A stretch of 62,829 bases of DNA, the filler included, from Nemertoderma westbladi (taxonomy: Eukaryota > Animalia > Xenacoelomorpha): assembly GCA_032718475.1 (NCBI GenBank). It is 4 parts of 4 records of this genome, joined end to end, with 100 filler letters (N's around TTAATTAATTAA, not from the genome) between each part and the next. Parts side by side here need not be neighbours in the genome. Positions count along the whole stretch, not along the records: positions 23,812 to 49,004 come from JAUCBJ010005347.1; positions 49,105 to 62,829 come from JAUCBJ010003496.1; 2 more parts are not named here. One strand, given 5' to 3'. The translations under genes were made by a program, and so were the position numbers. A model generated the notes under the pieces. That model saw nothing but the letters and a program-made list of their open reading frames with translations, searched no databases and was not told the DNA's origin. The stretch's first letter is position 1, and each line of letters opens with the position of its first letter. Below, one piece after another: positions 37,549 through 49,105 of this stretch.

Positions 37549-38296
37549 TTACCTTGCTAATACTCCAAAAAATCTATAAAAATTTAATATGCGGATCACT
37601 TTCAATTTCATGTTTTTTTTCGTAGCAACATGAATTTTACATAGCAATAAGGTAACTATTTGGTGTGGTTTTCCCCAAATTTGGTACAGAAATTATTCTT
37701 TAGTCCACTGACTATCGATAGACTTTCGACCAATTTAGTTTCCAGAGCAACGGAAATTTGTCTAACCATATTTATCTTACCATTATTTGGCTAGTGCCAT
37801 ATACTGTACAGTAGTATGTAGTGCAGTAATGCAGTAGTGCAGTAGTGTAGATTATTTACACAACTTCGCTACTAAACAGGGGCATGTAACCTCGTCCATC
37901 GAATTTTTCGTTCTCAAAATAAGACTATTTTCTCCAAAAAATATAACCGTTATATCATACACTGTCGATTTTAAACCAAACAAATAATTAAATTACACCT
38001 AAAATCCAATACTGCAAAGGTAATTTCATTATGTGAAAAATCGACGCTCACATAGTGGAAATCATTAAATTTCCTTGTTGTGAATTGTATAATTTATTTT
38101 TGAATCGACTATTAGGCTGCGGTAATAACGATGTTGTCTGGCAAAGAGATAAGTAGCAGACTAGACTCATAACAAGCAAATTATTTGTAAATTATTATTT
38201 AGCCAAGACCTAGGCATATAGGCCTACATAGTTAATTCAATAGATTGTAACTTTTCAATCTCCTAATATAAGTTATAGGATTATGATTTACAGTAC

Positions 38297-38653
38297 CTGA
38301 ATAGAACGATCCCATTCGCCACTAGTGACGTCGTATGTTATCACCCTTGTCTCAGATAGATTCTCTGCGTGTTTGTAGAATATCCATATAAGGTCATCAC
38401 CTCCGCATATGTTAGATTCCTCAATGTCTATGTTGCTCGTTGTAACTACAGCCCATTCGTCCTTAATGATGTCATATTTAAAAATTTCGCAAATTTTTTT
38501 CTCTTTACTAAACACTTTGCCAACAGATGCTGTAAAAAATTTAAAATTATGATACAACAGAACTGCTTGAGCTATGTGCTGTCGGATAATTTCTGGCCTG
38601 GTGGAATCATATGCACTGAATTGAAAAACCGCAGAACTGCATTCACTCATCAT
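38297..38653 (-). CDS. Upstream exon of the kelch-like gene; 5' part uncertain or disrupted
   Basis: IFKYDIIKDEWAVV...DDLIWIF...VITYDVTSGEWDRSIQ|GTACTG; phase 0 donor compatible with the acceptor at 36599. Confidence 0.6.
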
Positions 38654-38814
38654 GAATATAGCACTAAGTTTCCTTCATATCCATTGAGGCAGCCAGCGCC
38701 TTTAACAAAAAAATCATGGAAAAAGCAATCCAGGATATGCCTAATGGGAGGACAACATCATCTACACGAAGATACTACTGCAGGTCTTATATCATCCAGA
38801 ATCAAGCTCAACTG

Positions 38815-40950
38815 ACTACTAGGTACTACTACTAGGTCGAGCGAACTCGGATAGTGGAAATGAGATCCTTCCAGGCTTCCCGATATTCCATAGTTGTCGC
38901 AATTTCGTTTCTCCCAAGTTCAGTATCCCTTTCAAGTTGATCTATATATGTTATGGCCGGTCGTCCACGACTACGCTTTCCATGAGTTGGTTGCCAGAAA
39001 AGTAGATCTGGCATGACCTCGTCTTTACTTCGCCAGCAGTGCCCACTGAATCTTAATCTGCGTTAACGGAGGGTGGTTGATACAGGTGGTATTGTACCAT
39101 AAAGCTCGGCGTTTGTCATGTGTTGTCTCCAGCTGATGTTTAGGGCTGCCCTTAGTAGTCTTGTGTAGCAACCATCAATTCGTTGTTCAAGTGATTTAGT
39201 CAGTGTCCAGGTCTCACCCCCGTAAAAAAATACACTTTCCACTGTGGCGCGAAAGAACTTAGTCTTCAGGTGCCTGGAGAGATCTGAATTCCAGATGGTA
39301 TCCATTTTTGATAGAGCTACCCAAGCCTTTGCTTTCCTAACTTCTATTTCCTTTTTGCTACTCTCTATCCATGATCCAAGGTACTGGAAGTCGTCGACCT
39401 TCCTTAGTTGATTATTATCAATGGTTGTCAAGTTTCCATCAACATTAAAAGTCATGAATTCGGTCTTGGTAGCATTTATATGCAATCCAACCACCATAGC
39501 AGCCCTCTCCACTTTATTTAGTAGAAGCTGTGCATCTGCTAGCGTATTAGAGAGCAGGGCGATGTCATCCGCAAAGTCGGTGTCTGTGACTCTAGTTGCC
39601 GGATATCTACTACTTCTGTGTTCTTGAAGTGTGAATCACAGATCTTCACCCTTTGTGGCCGTCCTCATTGCGTAATCCAGCACAATCACAAATAGTAATG
39701 GTGCCCCCTTGCAGTACGCCAGCCAGGATTGATAAAAACTCAGTTTCACCATCTGGTGAGAGTACCTGTGCTTCTGTGTCACAATATAACAAACCAATGC
39801 CAGTCACAATTACTTCTGGTATTCCATAAGCACTTAGGATTTCAAGCATTTTACCTCTATGGATGGAGTCGAATGCCTTCTTGAAGTCCACAAAAGACAT
39901 GACCGCGGGGAGATTCTTTGACTTAATTCCTTCAATCAGTCTCCGTTGTGCAAGTATCTAAGCTATTGTTGATCTACTTGGTCGAAATCCGTTTTGGCTC
40001 TTACGCAGTAGTTTCTCTATGTGAGACCTAATCCTATATAGAATCATTTTATTGTATATTTTGGCAGCTACCACAAGCAGACAGATCCCACGATAGTTTG
40101 TTGGTATACCGAGGTCTCCTTTCTTGGGGAGATGCTTTAGTTGACCTTTAGTCCAAATTGGTGGTGGCTTTTCCCCTTTTAACATCCGGTTGCAAACATT
40201 CAATAATGGTCTGTTTAGCACTCCTGTTTTCCATACCTCCGCTGGGATTTCATCTAATCCACTCGCTTTATTATTGGACATGCTTTTAATGCTTCTTTGG
40301 AGTTCGGCAGGTATGAAGTCCCCTGTTTCTATAGGTAGTGTCTTGTCATATATTTTCCTTGTAGGGCTTACCTCGATGTTTGGTGGCTGCCCAAGCAAGT
40401 TGCTGAAGTGATTTTTCCACTTCCCAACACGTTCTTCAGGACTATCGGCTTTGAGGCGCCCCTTTGCACAACTTTTCCGACCAGATCTCATTTACAGTTT
40501 GCCAGGTAAGTCTTGATTGTTGCCTTATGTGAGCAGTTGTAATTGCTTCAATTTTATCCTGTATGTACTTTTCCTGGCTGATGTTGGAGGCCAATTTAAG
40601 ATCGTCCTTAGCTTTCTCAACCTTGTTAAAGTTTTCGGTTGTTGGTTGTTCGGTTTTTACTTTGTAGGCTATCTTAAGATCTTCTCTCTTACAAGTAACC
40701 TCAGAGTTTTGCCATGGCACATACTGTTTTCGTTTGGGTTTCTGACGGATAAGCCTCTTAGCTGATTCCTTGTGGGCTTCTATTATATTCTGGTATATTG
40801 AATCGGTGTACTGGTCTTCATTCATTGACTGAAGTGCTTCAAAGCGGTTTTGAACTTCTACTGTGTAAGTATCCTTTACTACATTGTCAGTTCTGAGTTT
40901 CTCCCAGTCATAGTTGATTTGCTTGCTTGTCCTGGGTTTGCTGGCTCTGC
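38815..40950 (-). mobile_element. 5'-truncated, frameshifted RTE-clade LINE
   Basis: ORF pieces with NYRGICLL, FVDFKKAFDSIHR, GVLQG, DFADD, DFQYLGSWI, RFSGHCWR; (ACT)n tail at ~38815-38833. Confidence 0.93.
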
Positions 40951-41135
40951 GGCCGCGCTCTCACAGCACTGTCACCGCGCTCTAACAGCACTGCCACCGC
41001 GCTCTAACAGCACTGCCACCGCGCTCTCACACCGCTGCCGCCGCGCTCTCACAGCACTGCCACCGCGCTCTCACAGCACTGCCACCGCGCTCTCACAGTG
41101 CTGTACCGTGGTATCACAGCACTGCCACCGCCTCA
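40950..41135. repeat. Minisatellite, 22-bp unit CCACCGCGCTCTCACAGCACTG, ~8 copies
   Basis: Directly visible; abuts the RTE 5' truncation point. Confidence 0.9.
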
Positions 41136-41547
41136 CTTAGAAGTGTTAACTTACTGTTAACTGGGCTGGCTGGGCTATATATTATGTACACCAAGTTCAG
41201 ACGAGTGGAAAGGTACCCACTTAGGGTCGCGTCGTCGTCATCATTGTTATTATTATTATTAAGGGTTGGTACATTCACAGTGATTACCAGTGGCACACTC
41301 ATTACCAGTGACAAAATATTTATTATGGCATAGTCTCCGATAACAACTAATCAATTTGAATTTTAATGTACGGTCCTTCAAATAGCCAAATACCACACTT
41401 GGTGATAGTTGCCAAAAGCAAAAGTAATACAGGCTAGGCTACATTGAAGGATTGTGTAACTCAGGTATGATGATGACATTTAATATAATCAGCGATTCAC
41501 TGGAAAATGAAAACCGAAATACAAAGTTCTAACTAAATATTAAAATA

Positions 41548-41721
41548 GTAGCATTTATTAATTTAGGATATGACATATTAGTATTTATTAATTTAGGATA
41601 TAACAAAAATAGCATTTATTAATTTAGGATATGACAAGTTAGCATTTATTAATATAGGATATGACATATTAGCATTTATTAATTTAGGATATGACAAATT
41701 AGCATTTATTAATTTAGGATA
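41548..41721. repeat. Tandem repeat, 30-bp unit AGCATTTATTAATTTAGGATATGACAAATT, ~6 copies
   Basis: Directly visible. Confidence 0.9.
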
Positions 41722-42305
41722 AGAAACCATTAGTTTTCATAATACATAAAATTTAGTTAAAAATACATACTGTATAACTCTTCATCAACTTTATACTGTA
41801 CATACAATATAATTATAACATACCTAATCATATTAGATTTATCATACAGTTCTACAGTTACCGTATCATTACTGCTATAGACCTACACTGGGCTCGTAGT
41901 CAGAATTCCGAATGCCTAAGTACTGAAGTATCGCTATATTAATATTACAATTACTGTATTTACATCTGAATGTCATTAATCATACTTATGTGTTTCCCTT
42001 TCTATTATATTGTACCCTTATCATTAGTATTTGTTAACCTACCTATATCTGATGAAGCACCGCCAGTCGGTACGAAATATATTATAATACTGTTATAATC
42101 TCGCAACAAATTGAATTATTATTTATACAAAGTTCTTTATGAAAAACATTGTGGTATCTTATCTTGTGGTACAGAATGTATCTTGTTATTGTCGCAGTGA
42201 GTTATGATATGACTATTTTTAAGTTGCAATTATTTCATATTATACTGTTTTAAACACTCCCTTACAACACAGCACAATATCTTGCAAATTAAACAAAATA
42301 CCATC

Positions 42306-44777
42306 ATGGACTCTGCCCAAGCTGCAGCTAAATTTGTGGATGATCAGCTTTTACAATTTAAAAAAATAGGCCTGTGTGAGCTTGGCGAAACCGGTTGGAA
42401 AGTTTCTCAAATTGTTACTTCGTGGTGGAATGATAGATTATATTCAGAAGATGTTTACCATCAACTTATATATGCAGCATTTTACGTTTTAACTCCTGTT
42501 GCTACTGGAGGTATTGCTTGGTACTTCGGTTGCGACATTTTTCGCGGGGTCGCGTTTGGGTGCAAGTTAAGTAAAAAGATTGTGGAATTCTTTAAGAAAA
42601 ATGTGTTCCATACATCGACAACTGCGACTGATCTAAAAGGAGTATTTCAGTACTTCGACCTGAAGACCGATTGTACCGATAAGCAGTTGGATCAGCGTTA
42701 TAAAGAAATGATGTCAAATTGTACAGAAGATGACGTTGTTGGTATGTTAGAAATATCCAGAAAAGTTGCTATGATATATGGTATCAGACGGCAAAAGGAG
42801 GCTACCACGTTTTTTGAGTTGGAGTCGGATTACACAGATGAACAGTTACATCATCGTTACATTGATTGCATTTCAAAATGCAAAGATACCGACTACAATG
42901 GAATACTAACTATATGTAGAAAAGCTGCTATTCTCTATGAGGCCAAACACAATCGTCGATATACTGCTGACGCCAACAACTTCATTTATGGTATGAAGGA
43001 CCAGCTGGATCTAAGTTACAACGAACGAATTTCATATTGGGAAGAAGGTTTACGTAGATGTTATCTCATTACTACAGAAGAGCTAAAAGATGCTTACAGT
43101 TACTTTAACTTGGAACCCCATTGCTCAAATGACCAGTTAGAACAAACGTACAATATACGCATCTCTGAATATCACAAGGCAAAGAATAGATGTTGTCAAG
43201 CAGCAAACGCTAAAACAGAGGCATATAAGTTTTTTGACTTGCAGCCACGATGTACATTATATGAGGTAGGCAAACGGTACAGTTTTCTGAAGTTAGAATG
43301 CAGTGATGGTAAAAAACGATGGGATCGAATTACAAATGAGCTAAAAGAGGCATACAAGGCTTTTGGATTGAAACTAAACTCGTATTCAAACAAAGAGCTA
43401 CAAGATCATTACGACCTACGAATTTCTAGGTGTAAAGCGGCATTTGAAAAATGTCAAAGTACTAAAAAAGAGGTTTGTGCCGCCTACAAAGACATAGGTT
43501 TGAAGCCTAATTGTACAAGTGATCAATTAAATCAACACCACAAAGAACTCGTATCAACACTTCAAGATGCATTAAACGCATGTCGTAAAACCACCAAGCA
43601 GCTAGACGAGGCTTATAAGTTCTTTGACTTGCAGCCAGATTGTACAGATGACCAACTGCAGCAAAATTATATCGAATATATGTCCAGGTGTAAAGACGCA
43701 AGACGCAGATGTCTTCGGACAATAAAGTCTGCAGAAAAGGACGAGTTAGGGATTTCTCGATCCAGTGAGAATGGAGTGAGATGTTGTTCTTCAAAGGAGC
43801 TTGAAGCATGCAAATTCTTTGACTTGCAGCCAGGTTGTACAAAAGAAAAGGTGGTTCAATCATACAACAAATATATCTCACGTTGTCAGAAGTCAATGGA
43901 AAGATGCCATTATACTAGAAAAGCTAAAAAAACAGCATACAAGTTCTTCAATTTGCTACCAGATTGTGCGAATTTTGAGGTGGGCGAACGTTACAATCAG
44001 AGGATATTGAAGTATCAAGAGGCCTTACTCAGGTGTCATTGTTCTACAGAACAACTAGTAAAGGCATACAAGTTCTTTGCTTTACAACCTAAATTGCTTT
44101 GTACAAATTCCCTTCAATATTTAGGGGAATACAAGCTAACCGAAAGTTACAAGGGATGTCTTGTACATTATGAAAATACTTTAAGGATATGTCTACGTAC
44201 TAAAAAGATGCTAGAATATGAGTGCAAGGTTTTGAATCTAAAGCCAGATTGTTCAAATGACCAGTTACATCACGCTTTGAACTTCCGGTTATCAGATTTA
44301 GACAATGCCAGAGTGAAATGCTGCTATTCGGCGAAGGAGATGGAAGAAGCGTACAAGTTATTTGACTTAGAACCGGAATGCACAAACGATCAGCTACATC
44401 AACGATATAAGGACCTCATTTCGAGTTGTAAATCGGCAATGGAAAGATGTTGTCGTTTAACAAAGCAGCAAATGGAGGCGTACAAGTTATTTGACTTACT
44501 TCCTAATTGTACCAATGAGAAACTGCAGCAAAGATTTAGTGACCGGATCGCAGAATGTAAAGAGATGAAAGAAAGATGTCGTCGTATAAGAAAGGAACAA
44601 ACAGAGGCATATGAGTTTTTTGATTTGCCTCAATATTGTACAAATGAGCAGCTGGAACAACGTTGCATCGACCAAATTTCGAAATGCGAAGAAAACAGAG
44701 AAAAATGTCAACGTACTACAAGAGAGTTAGAAGAGGTTTACAGTTTCTTTAACTTGCAGCAAGATTGTAGGCCCTAA
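42306..44777 (+). CDS. Uncharacterised intronless ~823-aa protein: N-terminal hydrophobic segment plus ~16 tandem ~43-aa J-domain-like (HPD-lacking) Cys-rich repeats
   Basis: Open 2.47 kb in AT-rich DNA; ATG at 42306; repeat consensus EAYKFFDLxPxCTxxQLxQRYxxxISxCKxAxxRC; repeats are diverged at DNA level yet the frame is preserved. Confidence 0.8.
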   Translation: MDSAQAAAKFVDDQLLQFKKIGLCELGETGWKVSQIVTSWWNDRLYSEDVYHQLIYAAFYVLTPVATGGIAWYFGCDIFRGVAFGCKLSKKIVEFFKKNVFHTSTTATDLKGVFQYFDLKTDCTDKQLDQRYKEMMSNCTEDDVVGMLEISRKVAMIYGIRRQKEATTFFELESDYTDEQLHHRYIDCISKCKDTDYNGILTICRKAAILYEAKHNRRYTADANNFIYGMKDQLDLSYNERISYWEEGLRRCYLITTEELKDAYSYFNLEPHCSNDQLEQTYNIRISEYHKAKNRCCQAANAKTEAYKFFDLQPRCTLYEVGKRYSFLKLECSDGKKRWDRITNELKEAYKAFGLKLNSYSNKELQDHYDLRISRCKAAFEKCQSTKKEVCAAYKDIGLKPNCTSDQLNQHHKELVSTLQDALNACRKTTKQLDEAYKFFDLQPDCTDDQLQQNYIEYMSRCKDARRRCLRTIKSAEKDELGISRSSENGVRCCSSKELEACKFFDLQPGCTKEKVVQSYNKYISRCQKSMERCHYTRKAKKTAYKFFNLLPDCANFEVGERYNQRILKYQEALLRCHCSTEQLVKAYKFFALQPKLLCTNSLQYLGEYKLTESYKGCLVHYENTLRICLRTKKMLEYECKVLNLKPDCSNDQLHHALNFRLSDLDNARVKCCYSAKEMEEAYKLFDLEPECTNDQLHQRYKDLISSCKSAMERCCRLTKQQMEAYKLFDLLPNCTNEKLQQRFSDRIAECKEMKERCRRIRKEQTEAYEFFDLPQYCTNEQLEQRCIDQISKCEENREKCQRTTRELEEVYSFFNLQQDCRP

Positions 44778-45264
44778 GTAATACTATGAAGATTAAATGA
44801 ATAATAATTCGCATGTATTCGCACGATGTTATTTGTCGATCAAACAAACATATTATTTGTAAAAGCTTTCAAGATGAAAATAATATTGACTTTTATTAAT
44901 GAAGACAGACTTTTGAAGGTTTTTGTACTTTTTAATGCATAAGAAGAACTCTTATACTTTTGACATAGTTTTTGAGTTGTCTTTTGAAAATGAATTGTCT
45001 GACACAATTTGTACTATCTGTACAAATTTGAGATGCTTTACGTAGACTATTTTGGTGTATTTTCTTAGTTTACTTTGATATATTTATTAATGTCTGGAAT
45101 TATTTTTCTTTTATTTGTTAATTATTTTTAACTCTTAGATTTTTTGACTGAGTCTAAAATTTATATTGTTACTAGGTTGGATATTTTGTGCGTGAGAAAT
45201 ATTCTATATATGTAGAGTGTACTGTAGTTTAAGGTGTAGGTAGGCCTACACCTATAACAGGCTT

Positions 45265-45463
45265 GGATATTTGGGAGCCAGTCAATTAGGACCGGACAAT
45301 TGGGACCGGAGAATTGGGAACTAGTAATTGGGAAACGGGCTAAGTGGGAGCCGGGCAAGGGGAAGGAAGCCGGACATTTGGAACCCAGACAATTGAAACT
45401 CAATTTAAAAAACATAAATTTGATGTGGTTGCCAATTGTCCGGGGCCCAATAGTCCTATATCC
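45265..45463. mobile_element. Small degenerate MITE with GGACAATTGG-type subterminal repeats (Mutator-like architecture)
   Basis: CCGGACAATTGGG on the left, CCAATTGTCCGG...CCCAATAGTCCTATATCC on the right; no TSD established. Confidence 0.4.
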
Positions 45464-46099
45464 AGTTTTAATTTATGGTGATAGTATTGCATTGGATGTT
45501 CTTCTTATAAATTAAAGGAAAAAACCAAATATAGTGGCGACTAATTCTAACCAAAACAATAAACTTATCTCAATAAAACAGCAGATTTTTCAGGTATTCA
45601 GCTGTTTTTTTCGTTAATTTTCCCTTGGAGAGGAATGAATTTTAATCGTATAATTAAAATCCTTGGACGAAGTTGTTGCGTTCGTTTTAGATTACCAAAT
45701 CTAAAAGGCGACGAAAGAAATCTAGATTGTTTAATGTTTATCCTTATGATAAATAAATTTGATTTTATTCACTGCACAATAAATAGGAAACGTTTTATTA
45801 TTTGGAAATTATTGTTGATACTTGTGACTTTTTTTAGGAACATTTGTAGATACACTATTAGCTTTACATTTTATATATTTACATACATATATAGTTGGCT
45901 GCACTGCGGTGCAGCGCCGTTAGACCTAGAGGCCACACCGCCCCATATCACTCAGTCTATCAACTACAGCCCGACAGTTATGTGCTTGGCATAACCACAA
46001 ATGCGAACATTGTGTAACATTCGAGTACGCCATTCAGAGTTATTGTTTCTTCTGCTGTAAGAGCTCAGCAAGGACTTCCAAAGAGCAGCACAGGCTCCA

Positions 46100-46225
46100 C
46101 TACTACTACTACTGTACTACGATCGATGTGCTGCATTGCAGCTGCATTATACATATATATTAAGAATGCTGTGCCGGCTTGTCGACAAAATTGCGTCGCC
46201 ACAACTCTATCACCCATGACATTTG
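46100..46225 (-). mobile_element. Short 3' end of the same RTE family as 23829-24426 and 47777-49004
   Basis: TAAGAATGCTGTGCCGGCTTGTCGACAAAATTGCG and (ACT)n tail. Confidence 0.8.
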
Positions 46226-47776
46226 CTAGATCATTCGCATCTTCATAATTTTATATATGCCATTCTTTTTCTCATTTTTATAATAGCTGAATGTATATTA
46301 TATTATGTTCAACTCGTTTACATCCGCTTCTCTTAATAAATTATATGATCTACTTTATGTAAAATAAAATATGCATTGGTTTATATATTACATAAAATAT
46401 ATTTTTTATATTCCTCACAAATTTTTTCCTAGTTTTGCTCACTCTGTTTCTCTGATGATGTAAATGTGGGGCAAGCCACGAAAGTAAGCGAGCTAGGCGT
46501 ACGGGTAGAACTATCTCAATCGGTGTGTCTGTCGATCAGTAGATCTGTCGTTCTGTAGATCTGTCGTTAGGTACATCCGTGGTTTTAGATGTTAATTACT
46601 CATCTAATCTTCGATGAAATCTATCCAAACTTGTTACACACGTTGTTTGGCAAAAGTTTAGAAACTTTCCAAGTTGAATTTGCGTGTGGCCTTCGAGAAG
46701 CTAAGATAATACCAGTTAATTAGTTAATTAAGTTGATTACTGTAAAAACATCATTTTCTGCCTGTCCTTTAAAGGAAATTAATGATTTTCTAGTTTAATA
46801 TTTAAACATTTATACTTGAAAATTATACAGCTGTAATCCCAATACCCTATTCCATTATAGCTTTTAATTAGTTCAAGTGATTTGCTGTAAGAAATGTGTT
46901 TTTAATTGATCTAAACGTAATTAACTAATTAAATTACCTCCTTATTAAAATGCCCCGTCTCTTCAAGCTTCCTCATCCCATGGCATGCTTGCTATTGCCA
47001 AGCTGGGAACCAGTCAAACCTCACCTCTACTGTAGCAAAAGCGTAATTACATCTATACAGTTGAACAGGCAGACAGTAGTGTAAGGAGCCAGACTAATAA
47101 GACAGCTCCTTGCTTATTATTTATCTCGCAAAATGATTGCCTGAGTATTTAATCGTGATTCTTTAGAATAATAATTAGCTAAATTATTTCGTTGAGGCAT
47201 CCAGGTGGAGAGCGCAAATGGAGCATTTGCGCCATGCGAGTGCATGGCCGACGGCGTTGGCCATGTGGTATTGTTCTAGAATATTACCGTATTATTAATC
47301 CCATGTAAGTTAAAAGTTAAAGCCCAAGTTGCTGATGGAAAATAACAAATGCCTACCTTGATTTTGTTAAGGTCAGTTTTGTTTATACTTGAAGTCTTAC
47401 ATATATAAGTATACATGGGCATAATATTCCAAATACTTTTGTTGCGCCTGTCGATTCGTATAAATCGACAGGCGCATAGACGCCGACCCCCCCCCCCCCC
47501 CCCCCCCCCAATTTATATTACTTGTGTACTATTTTATTTGTGGAAGTAACACATAACCCTAAGCTGGTGGAAGTGGAGGTCTTTTGGAACACACCAGAGA
47601 TACCAGAGAACATTATATAAAATATAATTCTTTGCACTAAAGTGAATTATTCTTGAAATTATGTGCAAAATTTTCAACCATGCATACGAATCAGTAGTCA
47701 TCAATAATAATATATACAGTATTCCACAACAATTAATTATTGTAAATATATGTTAAGTGAAACATTTTTTTGGTGC

Positions 47777-49004
47777 ACTACTAGGATCGGCATGCTGCAT
47801 TGCAGCTGCATTTTTAAGAATGCTGTGCCGGCTTGTCAACAAAATTGCGCCGCCACAACTCCCTATCACCCATGACATTTGTTAGATCATCCGCATCTTT
47901 AAGGCCAGTGTCCTTTAAGATGCGTCTCAAGAAAGTCATGGGCTGTCCACCATGCTTATTCACTCCATGAGGCTGCCAAAGTACAAGATTATGCACTGGC
48001 TGGTCCTCACGGCGAAAGCAATGTCCTGCAAAGCGGAGGCGATTTTGTTCTAGTGTCAAGCTTGGGGGAACCAATGATACACCTCCAATGTTATATAGTG
48101 TCTGGTTGGAGATGTGTGCATTGTACTTGACACAATGTACCCGGCGTAGCATTCTTGTGAATGTGCCATCCAGAGATTTGGTGTCCTCAGCAGTTAGAGC
48201 CCAGCATGGACTCCCGTAGAGGAGTACTGGAACTACTGCTGCTCTAAATAATCGGACCTTAAGTTTCCGATTAATTCTAGGTGACTTCCAAATCCTGGAA
48301 AGCCTATCCAAGGCTGCCCATGCCTTTCCCTTACGTATTCGAAGGTCCTCACCTGACTTCCGGATCCATGATCCCAGGTAACAGAAGTCGTCCACATGCT
48401 CAAGCATACCATCCTTTGAGCTTATGCTCATCCGATCAGAGACTTGCTGAGGACTTTCAAAGTTAACTGTCAGAATTTTGGTCTTTCTGGAGTTAATAAA
48501 AAGACCAACACTAGAAGCAGCATGTTCTAATGAACTGAGGAGCCGCTGGGCTCCCTCTAATGATTCTGAGAGTACTCCTAAGTCATCAGCAAAGTCTAGA
48601 TCAGTTAGGTACTTGGCAGGATTTCCTCGACTTCTGGAGCCAGTAGGTGGAGTTATCATCACCCCATCATCATTATGATTATCTAAGGACATGCGTAGAA
48701 CATAGTCAACCACAATAATGAACAAGAATGGTGCAAGTGTGTCTCCTTGGAGGACGCCCCATAACACTTCAAATGGTTCGGTGTCACCGTCAACAGTAGA
48801 CACAAATGTTGTCGAATCATCGTATACTGATCTGATTGCTGCAATAATTTCATCAGGAATCCCATATAATGAAAGTATGCTGAACATACGTGAGCGAGAG
48901 ACTGAATCAAAGGCCTTGAAGAAGTCAACAAAGATAACAGCCAGATGCCTGTCTTTCTTTTTTGATAACTCTTCAATTATCCTTCTAAGTGCCAAAATGG
49001 GCTC
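47777..49004 (-). mobile_element. RTE-clade LINE reverse transcriptase, open frame (393 aa) cut by an assembly gap
   Basis: FVDFFKAFDSV, GVLQGDTLAPFLF, DLDFADD, DDFCYLGSWI, RLRFAGHC. Confidence 0.95.
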
Positions 49005-49104
49005 NNNNNNNNNNNNNNNNNNNNNNNNNNNNNNNNNNNNNNNNNNNNTTAATTAATTAANNNNNNNNNNNNNNNNNNNNNNNNNNNNNNNNNNNNNNNN
49101 NNNN
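49005..49104. other. Assembly gap linker
   Basis: N run with TTAATTAATTAA. Confidence 0.98.
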
Positions 49105-49105
49105 T

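Noticed and set aside
36922-37625. Three overlapping hydrophobic ORFs of ~200 aa
   Set aside because: Translations of a 43-bp minisatellite.
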